In this document: piece after piece, positions 15,714-22,583 of the stretch
Numbering within the stretch: position 1 is the stretch's first letter
How the letters are laid out: each line of letters starts with the position of its first letter
From: Coriobacteriales bacterium
GTDB lineage: Bacteria; Actinomycetota; Coriobacteriia; Coriobacteriales; UBA8131
NCBI GenBank assembly: GCA_031279835.1
Contig: JAITHV010000051.1
Span: forward strand, 1-23,272
DNA length: 23,272 bases
Direction: 5' to 3'
Made by a program: the position numbers and the translations under genes
Notes under the pieces: model-generated
Told to the model about the DNA's origin: nothing
Seen by the model: the letters and a program-made list of their open reading frames with translations, nothing else
Databases searched by the model: none

Positions 15714-15892
15714 GGTTCGAGACGAAGGTCTATGTTCCACACAGACTTTTGCTGACAGACTTCAGCTCAGCGACGCCCAAGCATTAGAGACGAATCTGTT
15801 AGCTTGTCAAGGGACCTCCGTATGGCTCGCGCTAATGTCTATAGTGCGAAAAAATTCCATGAACCGCATCAAACAGTTACATAGAGAGGAGC

Positions 15893-16534
15893 ATGGTCGT
15901 GAGTATTTTTGATGAGATTTCCGAACTAGTGCAAAAAGGTAAGGTAAAGGATATCGCCGGCGCGGTAAAGGGTGCGCTCGACGGGGGCGCCTCTGCACAG
16001 CAGATCCTCGACGATGGCCTGTTGGCCGGTATGGCGATCCTTGGTGAGAAGTTCAAGAACAACGAAGTGTTCGTTCCTGAGGTTCTTCTTGCCGCCAAGG
16101 CCCTTAACGAAGGCACTGCGCTCTTGAAGGAGAAGCTGGTCGCCGAGGATGTCAAGCCTCTCGGCAAGGTCGTTATCGGTACGGTTGAGGGCGACCTGCA
16201 CGATATCGGCAAGAACCTGGTCAAGCTGATGATGGAGGGTATCGGCTTTGAGGTATTTGACCTGGGCGCCGATGTGTCTGCTGATGAGATTGTTGCTGCT
16301 GTTAAGGAGAACAACGCAGACATCGTTGCTCTCTCTGCCCTTTTGACCACCACGATGGGTCAGCAGGGTGTTGTCGTCAAGGCGCTTGAGGCTGCCGGTC
16401 TGCGCGATCAGGTCAAGGTTATGGTCGGTGGCGCGCCCATCACGGAGAAGTTCTGCAAGGACATCGGTGCAGACTGCTACACGGTCGACGCTGCTGCTGC
16501 AGCTGAGGCGGCAAAGTCGTTGGTCGGAGCGTAG
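15893..16534 (+). CDS. Cobalamin-binding corrinoid protein (MtaC/MtbC-like; B12-binding-2 helical cap + Rossmann B12-binding domain), 213 aa
   Basis: The DxHxxG B12 motif GDLHDIGKN is present, followed by the canonical VALSALLTTTM and MVGGAPIT segments. A GAGGAG RBS sits 5 nt upstream of the ATG. Confidence 0.88.
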   Translation: MVVSIFDEISELVQKGKVKDIAGAVKGALDGGASAQQILDDGLLAGMAILGEKFKNNEVFVPEVLLAAKALNEGTALLKEKLVAEDVKPLGKVVIGTVEGDLHDIGKNLVKLMMEGIGFEVFDLGADVSADEIVAAVKENNADIVALSALLTTTMGQQGVVVKALEAAGLRDQVKVMVGGAPITEKFCKDIGADCYTVDAAAAAEAAKSLVGA

Positions 16535-16575
16535 TCTGTAACTAAGCACCAGCATATCCAAACACGACTTTATAT

Positions 16576-16614
16576 GATGCAGCTCCAAATCTAGAATTGG
16601 TTTGGAGCTGCATC
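16576..16614 (+). other. U-less perfect 14-bp hairpin (GATGCAGCTCCAAA / TTTGGAGCTGCATC, 11-nt loop) between the corrinoid-protein gene and the activator gene
   Basis: Read directly, 42 nt after the corrinoid-protein stop. The track ORF start at 16597 (TTG) lies inside the hairpin arm and is rejected. Confidence 0.55.
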
Positions 16615-16632
16615 GTTCAGAAAGGCGGCAAC

Positions 16633-18561
16633 ATGCCTAGTGACGTCACTGTCGCATTCACCATGACGGGCAGCAAGGAGGTGAAGAGCACTGTTCCTGT
16701 CGGCTCTTCACTGCTTGATATAGCCAAAGACCTCGGTATTCCTCTCGACGCGCCTTGTTCCGGAAACATGACCTGCGGAAAATGCAAGGTAAAAGTCATT
16801 TCGGGGAAAACCGAAGGGAAGCGTACCCGCTATGTTTCTGAAGAGGCATATGAGCAGGGGTGGCGTCTGGCATGTGCAGTTGATGTGTCAGCCGATCTGG
16901 TTGTTGAAGTTCCTGATTCAGCATCGGCATATCGGACGGGCATTAAGGTCGACGAACTAGGCGATACTGCTCGCGGCATGTCGTTCGCAAAATTGAAGAC
17001 AGATCTTCTTGAACGAGGGTTTAGCGTGGGCGGCACCGTGATCACAACCGTATTGGAACTTGTTGCGCCAACGAACGATGACCCTGAAGCAGACAAAGAG
17101 CGCTTGGTGCGCGCCCTCGCAAAGGCTCGGGGTGTCAATGAGCGCGATGTGAGGCTGAGCCTTGGCGCTATGCGAGCGCTGCCGCATGCGATACGAGAGT
17201 CGGAGTACCGACCGTTTCTGGTTATTGAGCAGACTGACAATGGCGGTCTGCTCGTCATTGACATCTGTGCGCAGCCTCAACAGCCCCTGGGACTGGCTAT
17301 AGACATTGGAACCACAACGGTTTCGGCATTGCTCTCGGATCTCGATACCGGCGATGTGCTCGCAGCTGGCACGGCGGGAAATGGGCAGATTCGATTTGGT
17401 GCTGATGTCATCAACCGTTTGGTTGAGTCGGACCGTCCTGGTGGACTTGTGCGCTTAAGAAAGGCAATCGTTGATGAGTGCATCGCGCCTTTGGTCAAGT
17501 CGCTATGCGATGCTATTTCCAAAGACGGTGAGTCAATTTACCGGGTAACCGTAGCGGGCAATACGACTATGGCACACCTGTTCATCGGTGTATATGGCAA
17601 TTATTTACGGTTGGACCCGTATATTCCTGCCTTTTTTGAGCTAGATGGGCTGCGAGGTGCGGACCTTGCTATTGGCGTCAACCCCGCTGCCGCTACGATC
17701 ATAGCCCCTGCTGTCGGAAGCTATGTGGGCGGCGACATCACTGCGGGCATATTGGCGTCAGGAATCGCCAAAGGCGACGAGTGGTCTATGCTTATCGACC
17801 TCGGCACGAACGGCGAGATTGTCCTAGGCAGTTCTGAATTCCTCATGGCATGTGCCTGCAGTGCCGGCCCAGCATTTGAAGGCGGCGACATCAGCTGCGG
17901 CATGCGCGCGACTGACGGCGCTATTGAGGCGATCACTATTGACGAGCAGACTATGGAGCCTAAGTGTCTTGTCATTGGAGCTGATGGGCAGCGACCGATA
18001 GGTGTTTGTGGCTCAGGAATCATTGACGCAATCAGCGAGCTTTTCCGCACGGGCATCATCGATGCGCGCGGACGTTTTTTGCGCGAGGGTCCTCGAGTGC
18101 ATGTTGATGAATGGGGAACTACCTCATATACTTTGGCATGGGGCGAGGAGACCGATAGCGGCGAGAAGATTGCTTTGACCGATTCGGACATAGACAACTT
18201 CATCCGCGCAAAAGGATCGGTGTTCTCTGCTATTCGCACCCTGCTGGATGTAGCTGGTTTTTCAATAGATGACATCAGCCATATCAATATTGCAGGCGGG
18301 ATCGGAAACGCCATTGACATCGAACATGCGATTGGAGCTGGCATGCTTCCCTGTCTTCCGCTTGACAGGTACTCATATGTGGGCAACACTTCTTTGGCGG
18401 GCGCGTATTCACTTCTTGTCTCACCAGAGACCAGAAGTGAGCTCTCGGCCTTGACTAGGAGCATAACCTACATCGAACTAAGCACGATAGCAGGCTATAT
18501 GGACGAGTTTATTGCTGCATGCTTTATTCCGCATACCGATGGATCATTGTTTAGTCTATAA
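16633..18561 (+). CDS. RACE-type reductive activator of corrinoid enzymes (N-terminal plant-type [2Fe-2S] ferredoxin + DUF4445/ASKHA ATPase domain, COG3894), ~642 aa
   Basis: The N-terminal Cys pattern CSGNMTCGKCKV...LAC is plant-type 2Fe-2S. The size and the Gly-rich ASKHA-like segments (LAIDIGTTT, LIDLGTNGE, GVCGSGIID) fit. I prefer the ATG at 16633 (MPSDVTVAF). Confidence 0.8.
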   Translation: MPSDVTVAFTMTGSKEVKSTVPVGSSLLDIAKDLGIPLDAPCSGNMTCGKCKVKVISGKTEGKRTRYVSEEAYEQGWRLACAVDVSADLVVEVPDSASAYRTGIKVDELGDTARGMSFAKLKTDLLERGFSVGGTVITTVLELVAPTNDDPEADKERLVRALAKARGVNERDVRLSLGAMRALPHAIRESEYRPFLVIEQTDNGGLLVIDICAQPQQPLGLAIDIGTTTVSALLSDLDTGDVLAAGTAGNGQIRFGADVINRLVESDRPGGLVRLRKAIVDECIAPLVKSLCDAISKDGESIYRVTVAGNTTMAHLFIGVYGNYLRLDPYIPAFFELDGLRGADLAIGVNPAAATIIAPAVGSYVGGDITAGILASGIAKGDEWSMLIDLGTNGEIVLGSSEFLMACACSAGPAFEGGDISCGMRATDGAIEAITIDEQTMEPKCLVIGADGQRPIGVCGSGIIDAISELFRTGIIDARGRFLREGPRVHVDEWGTTSYTLAWGEETDSGEKIALTDSDIDNFIRAKGSVFSAIRTLLDVAGFSIDDISHINIAGGIGNAIDIEHAIGAGMLPCLPLDRYSYVGNTSLAGAYSLLVSPETRSELSALTRSITYIELSTIAGYMDEFIAACFIPHTDGSLFSL

Positions 18562-18655
18562 GGTCTCTCATGTTCCCTCGACGTGCACTGGCGTGGCGCT
18601 TGGCACAAGTCCGTGCAAAGCCACAGCGCAAAGAGTCATAGGATAGGAAGAAGCA

Positions 18656-19312
18656 ATGTCACAGGCACAAATCGGTTTATCAACCAACAACCTTACGCAA
18701 CGCCCACTCGACCATTATGGGAGCTGCTACCGCAAGCTTGATCCAGAGGAAGTGGCGGCGCGTACGGGATTGCAGTTTAATCGGGAAGGCTCTTCGTTCG
18801 GACTGGTTCTCATGGGCTCGCCATGCCACGCTGCTTATCCGGACTACTCGCTCAGTGATGAGTCCGGAGAGCCAGTTGCCTCGGCCTACGAGTCGATACT
18901 TATACTGCGGTTTCTCTGTGAGGGGCGCTTTGTTTCTGCCACAGGAACTGAGCTGACATACAAAGAACTTCCCTGGGGCATCACTTATGACACAAATTTC
19001 GAGCATCGCGTCAAGCGGCGTCTTCTGCGCGAGTTTGCAAAAGACCTTGCGTTGTTCGCGCAGCTCATGGAGACAAACAAGGGGTTAAAGGCACAGCCGC
19101 TCGAAAAATGCGACTGTGGGTATCGTTTTGAGTTCATGGGTGGGCTTCCAGTCAGCATTAGGTTTTGGGCGGCAGATGAGGAGTTTCCCGCATCGGTCCA
19201 GGTTCTTTTTGATGAGAGCTTCCAGTTTGCCTTTTCTGCAGAAGACGTTGCTGTTGTAGGTGACACAATCATAAACAGACTGATAGGCATGCGTGCCCAA
19301 GCTTTACCGTGA
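18656..19312 (+). CDS. DUF3786-family protein (uncharacterised protein associated with corrinoid methyltransferase operons), 218 aa
   Basis: A 218-aa soluble protein with Cys residues (CYRKL, CHAAY, CDCGYRFEF). I place it in DUF3786 from memory of that family's size and context. It lies between the activator and the regulator. Confidence 0.55.
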   Translation: MSQAQIGLSTNNLTQRPLDHYGSCYRKLDPEEVAARTGLQFNREGSSFGLVLMGSPCHAAYPDYSLSDESGEPVASAYESILILRFLCEGRFVSATGTELTYKELPWGITYDTNFEHRVKRRLLREFAKDLALFAQLMETNKGLKAQPLEKCDCGYRFEFMGGLPVSIRFWAADEEFPASVQVLFDESFQFAFSAEDVAVVGDTIINRLIGMRAQALP

Positions 19313-19339
19313 CGCTCGTTAACAGACAGGCAGGCAACC

Positions 19340-20860
19340 ATGAAGATTAGCGCAGAGATGCTTGCTGAAGGATTAAGTAAGTCGTTTACTATCAACGTCG
19401 TTGGACCGTTGAGCATGCTTCCGACCATTGGGAGTCTCTTGCTTGTTGGCCCCGACACAGTTTGGCAGGACGGAAAAACCTACTTGGTCGAAAGCCCTGG
19501 AGTAGACCAAGTACCAGCGACGCATATCGATTCGGTGGTTCTCATCGTGGGCGCATTTCCTGAGGTCTTGCCAGGGCGGTTTCAGTCTGCCTTGATTTTT
19601 GATGAAGAGACAACTCTCTTCGAGGTACATAACCGCATCCAAGACATTTTCGCCGAATACAATATGTGGGAGGCTGAGATCCACCGCATGCTCAGCGGCG
19701 GCTCTGATGTCCAGTCCATGCTCGACATCAGCGCCGGTCATTTTGGCAACCCGCTCATACTGTTCGACAGTAACTACAAAGTGATAGCCAGCTCAAAAGG
19801 ATACAGCGCCGATGAGCGCATGGCACCGGTCTTTGACTGCCTGCGTCTGCCTTTTTTGATGCGATCAAATCAAGATGACGCCTATCGGGGCGGTCATCGA
19901 GGCAGTAACCAGGCAGGTCATGCCAGAGCATTGTATATCAACGACATGCGTGCTTATTCTGTCAGTTATATGCAACAAGCCTTTACCTATCAGCTCGTAT
20001 TGGTCGAACTCGATAAGGGGCTGAGTGCCTCTGATGTTTTTCTGCTTGAGCACCTTGCTGAGTTTGTCTACCTTGCCATCGGCTTTGTCCCAGGCTATAT
20101 TCAGGCTGAATCAGGGCTTCAGAGCACACTCAAGCTTTGTGTCAGCGGTGAGTTGACAAGCACGACTTCTATCACAAAGCGGCTTGCGCGCTATGGATGG
20201 CTTCCAACCCACCAATACGTGTGCCTGAAGTTTGCTTTCGAGATACATGAGCAGCGAAACCGCACATTACGCTTCAAAGAGGAACGTTTCACCGAGACCC
20301 TCGGAGAGCACAGTGTGTTTGAGCACGGCGATAGCATTGTTGCGTTCGTTAACCTCGACCTTCATGACGGTGGCGACAATGGGTTCGAAGGTATTCTCAT
20401 GAGCTACCTGCAGGACAACCTCGCCAAAGCGGGGATGAGCAATCGCTTTACCGGATTTGAGGACTTGGACCTGTATTACAGGCAGGCTGAATTGGCGTTG
20501 TCATACGGGCAGCGACTCAACCCCTATCTAGACCTGTTCCGTTTTGCGGGGATAGTCAAGCCGCATCTTCTGGCATGCTGCACGAACAAGCTTCCTGCCC
20601 ATATGGTATGCTCGCCCGGACTAATCGCACTCCAGCGCCATGACGCTGAACACGGTACATGCCTCTATCGCACACTTCAAGTGTTTATTAAATGCCGCTT
20701 CAGTTATGCTAACTCAGCAAAAGAGCTTTTTATACATCGCAGCACGTTCATGCATCGACTCCAAAGGATAAAAAAAGTCAGCGGCATTGATGTTATGAAC
20801 ACCGACGAGCTCTGGCATATACTTCTTTCCTTCGAGCTGCTCGAATACGAGCTTCCTTGA
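19340..20860 (+). CDS. PucR/CdaR-family transcriptional regulator (C-terminal PucR HTH), 506 aa
   Basis: The C-terminus LYRTLQVFIKCRFSYANSAKELFIHRSTFMHRLQRIKKVSGIDVMNTDE is a PucR-type HTH (HTH_30). The N-terminal ~350 aa is a putative ligand-binding region. Confidence 0.75.
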   Translation: MKISAEMLAEGLSKSFTINVVGPLSMLPTIGSLLLVGPDTVWQDGKTYLVESPGVDQVPATHIDSVVLIVGAFPEVLPGRFQSALIFDEETTLFEVHNRIQDIFAEYNMWEAEIHRMLSGGSDVQSMLDISAGHFGNPLILFDSNYKVIASSKGYSADERMAPVFDCLRLPFLMRSNQDDAYRGGHRGSNQAGHARALYINDMRAYSVSYMQQAFTYQLVLVELDKGLSASDVFLLEHLAEFVYLAIGFVPGYIQAESGLQSTLKLCVSGELTSTTSITKRLARYGWLPTHQYVCLKFAFEIHEQRNRTLRFKEERFTETLGEHSVFEHGDSIVAFVNLDLHDGGDNGFEGILMSYLQDNLAKAGMSNRFTGFEDLDLYYRQAELALSYGQRLNPYLDLFRFAGIVKPHLLACCTNKLPAHMVCSPGLIALQRHDAEHGTCLYRTLQVFIKCRFSYANSAKELFIHRSTFMHRLQRIKKVSGIDVMNTDELWHILLSFELLEYELP

Positions 20861-20889
20861 GCTTGCGAAAAAACGCCGAAGCACTGCCA

Positions 20890-21081
20890 CTAAGCGGTTT
20901 TTATCACTAGGCTGTTTTTGATGAAATCGACCCGCTTGATTTTACCAATGACTTCAGTCTTCTCCCCAAGCAGGTCATAGAGGACGACACTGTCGCCCTC
21001 TATGCTCACCGAAGTGACATTCTTGGTTATCAGGGCATCTTGCTTGCCGTCGACAGTCACATAAGCGCTCGAGAGGCACAT
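20890..21081 (-). CDS. cooT: CooT-family small nickel-binding CODH accessory protein, 63 aa
   Basis: The 63-aa size and the N-terminal Met-Cys (Cys2 is the Ni ligand in CooT) fit. The C-terminal RVDFIKNSLVIK resembles R. rubrum CooT RVDLRSGVISLIE. An AAGGAGG RBS is embedded in the upstream gene and the gap is 3 nt. Confidence 0.65.
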   Translation of the reverse strand: MCLSSAYVTVDGKQDALITKNVTSVSIEGDSVVLYDLLGEKTEVIGKIKRVDFIKNSLVIKTA

Positions 21082-21084
21082 CGA

Positions 21085-21408
21085 TTATCCCTCCTTTGCA
21101 GACTTAAGGGCTGCCGCAAGGAGCTCGTTTCCTGCGTTGAAACGCTCTGCCCCCTCGCGGATAAGACGTGCTGTCTCGGTCAGTCCAGCATGCTCCAAGT
21201 CATGGGCCACATCGTACAATTCGCTGGTATGCTGCGCATTGTGGTCGACCATATAGCCAAGGAGAGCGATGGCGCTTTGTGGCTGAGTGCCACCATGCAA
21301 GTGCGCATGGGTATGGCTTATGCCATCACCATGGCTATGCTCATGAGAATGAATATGACCCTCATGGGCTGTGGCGTCATGAGCGCTGTTATCGAGGTTA
21401 TCGTGCAT
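21085..21408 (-). CDS. Histidine-rich putative nickel metallochaperone (CooJ-like function; 16 His in 107 aa, 12 in the first 38 residues) with a helical C-terminal domain
   Basis: The translation begins MHDNLDNSAHDATAHEGHIHSHEHSHGDGISHTHAHLHGG... and is followed by a helical C-terminal region. It is directly coupled to cooT and divergent from cooC-cooS. I prefer the ATG at 21408 over the TTG at 21426. Confidence 0.6.
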   Translation of the reverse strand: MHDNLDNSAHDATAHEGHIHSHEHSHGDGISHTHAHLHGGTQPQSAIALLGYMVDHNAQHTSELYDVAHDLEHAGLTETARLIREGAERFNAGNELLAAALKSAKEG

Positions 21409-21565
21409 AATTATCCTGCCTTTCAAGGAAAATGAGCAAAACTAACACTCGATTGCCGACGGCGTGCCAACCATTTTCAAGACCGCCGTACAGGCAATCG
21501 TCTACATAGAGTTTATTATCCCTTAGCGTCGCTGTTTCTGTCTAGCTGCGTCTATTAAGATAGGG

Positions 21566-21582
21566 TCCTACAAAATGTAGGA
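21566..21582. promoter_or_regulatory. Perfect 7-3-7 palindrome TCCTACA-AAA-TGTAGGA, a candidate operator in the divergent cooT/cooC control region
   Basis: Read directly. Confidence 0.35.
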
Positions 21583-21668
21583 AGCATGTATGAGAACATC
21601 CATAATTTGGTCGTATTGAGCAGAAGAAATCAAGCCTATAGGATAAATAGTGACGATATTTCATTTCT

Positions 21669-21709
21669 CATTGTCTGGGCAGGTCATATCCAAGTCAGTG
21701 TCTGGGCAA
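21669..21709. promoter_or_regulatory. Direct repeat CA(T/G)TGTCTGGGCA x2 spaced 27 bp, 40-75 bp upstream of the preferred cooC GTG start
   Basis: Read directly (cattgtctgggcagg ... cagtgtctgggcaac). The surrounding 160 bp is AT-richer than coding DNA. Confidence 0.3.
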
Positions 21710-21744
21710 CCGAAAGTATTGAAATTCTATTCCGGGAGGCGTTT

Positions 21745-22515
21745 GTGGCGTACACTATTGCCATAGCGGGAAAGGGCGGCACAGGGAAAACTACCCTTGC
21801 TGGACTTCTGGTCGACTATCTAGTCAAGCAAAAAGCTACACCCATCCTCGTTGTAGATGCCGACGCCAACTCTAACCTCAATGAGGTGCTGGGCGTCAAA
21901 GTAGACATGACATTAGGGGACCTACGCGAGACGATAGTCGGCTCAGAGTTTCAGGACGTCAATCCGATACCTGCTAGCATGTCCAAGCAAGATTACGTGT
22001 CTGCGCATTTCAGCAGGACTCTCATTGAAGAAAGCGGCTACGACCTGATAGTCATGGGGCGCACACAGGGCAAGGGCTGCTATTGTTTTGTCAATGACCT
22101 GCTCACTAATCAGATAAACCGCTACGCTGGCAGCTATCGCTACCTTGTGGTGGACAACGAGGCGGGAATGGAGCACATCAGCCGAGGGACTCTGCCATCA
22201 GTTGACTTGGTCTTACTCGTCTCTGACAGCTCTCGGCGGGGCATTCAGGCTGCAGCTCGCATAAAGGACCTCGTCAACGAACTTGCCCTTGCGCCTCGTG
22301 CTATGAAGCTCATCGTAAACAGGGCACCTGGCGACGAACTCGATCCTGGCACCGTTGAAGAGATCGAGGCGCATGATTTTGATGTCGCTGGCATCGTGCC
22401 CAATGACTCGCTTATTTACGAATACGACTGTCAAGGCAGACCGACAGTGCAGCTCCCCGAAGACTCAAAAGCGCGGATTGCTTTTGAGTCTATTATGTCG
22501 GGCATTATTACGTGA
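21745..22515 (+). CDS. cooC: CooC/AcsF-type nickel-insertion ATPase (MinD/ParA superfamily) for CODH maturation, ~256 aa, GTG start
   Basis: A deviant Walker A IAIAGKGGTGKTT is present. The CxC nickel-binding motif of CooC appears as GKGCYCF. A GGGAGG RBS sits 5 nt before the GTG at 21745. The track ATG at 21586 would add a 53-aa AT-rich extension absent from CooC proteins. Confidence 0.8.
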   Translation: MAYTIAIAGKGGTGKTTLAGLLVDYLVKQKATPILVVDADANSNLNEVLGVKVDMTLGDLRETIVGSEFQDVNPIPASMSKQDYVSAHFSRTLIEESGYDLIVMGRTQGKGCYCFVNDLLTNQINRYAGSYRYLVVDNEAGMEHISRGTLPSVDLVLLVSDSSRRGIQAAARIKDLVNELALAPRAMKLIVNRAPGDELDPGTVEEIEAHDFDVAGIVPNDSLIYEYDCQGRPTVQLPEDSKARIAFESIMSGIIT

Positions 22516-22583
22516 TTGACCGGAAACGCCGATAACAATACCGAAACGACAGTCTCAGACAGTCAAAGGCAGAAAGGAGAGGC

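Noticed and set aside
20861-20930. Bidirectional intrinsic terminator between the convergent PucR and cooT genes (A-tract GAAAAAACGCC ... GCGGTTTTTA and a second GGCTGTTTTTG)
   Set aside because: T-tracts and a flanking A-tract are present, but I could not pair a convincing stem longer than 3-4 bp, so it is not listed as a feature. Termination here is still likely.
21586-21744. Track start of cooC at ATG 21586 (309 aa)
   Set aside because: It adds 53 AT-rich residues with no counterpart in CooC proteins. The GTG at 21745 has a GGGAGG RBS and places the P-loop at residues 8-15 as in family members. It is kept as an alternative start in the CooC feature.
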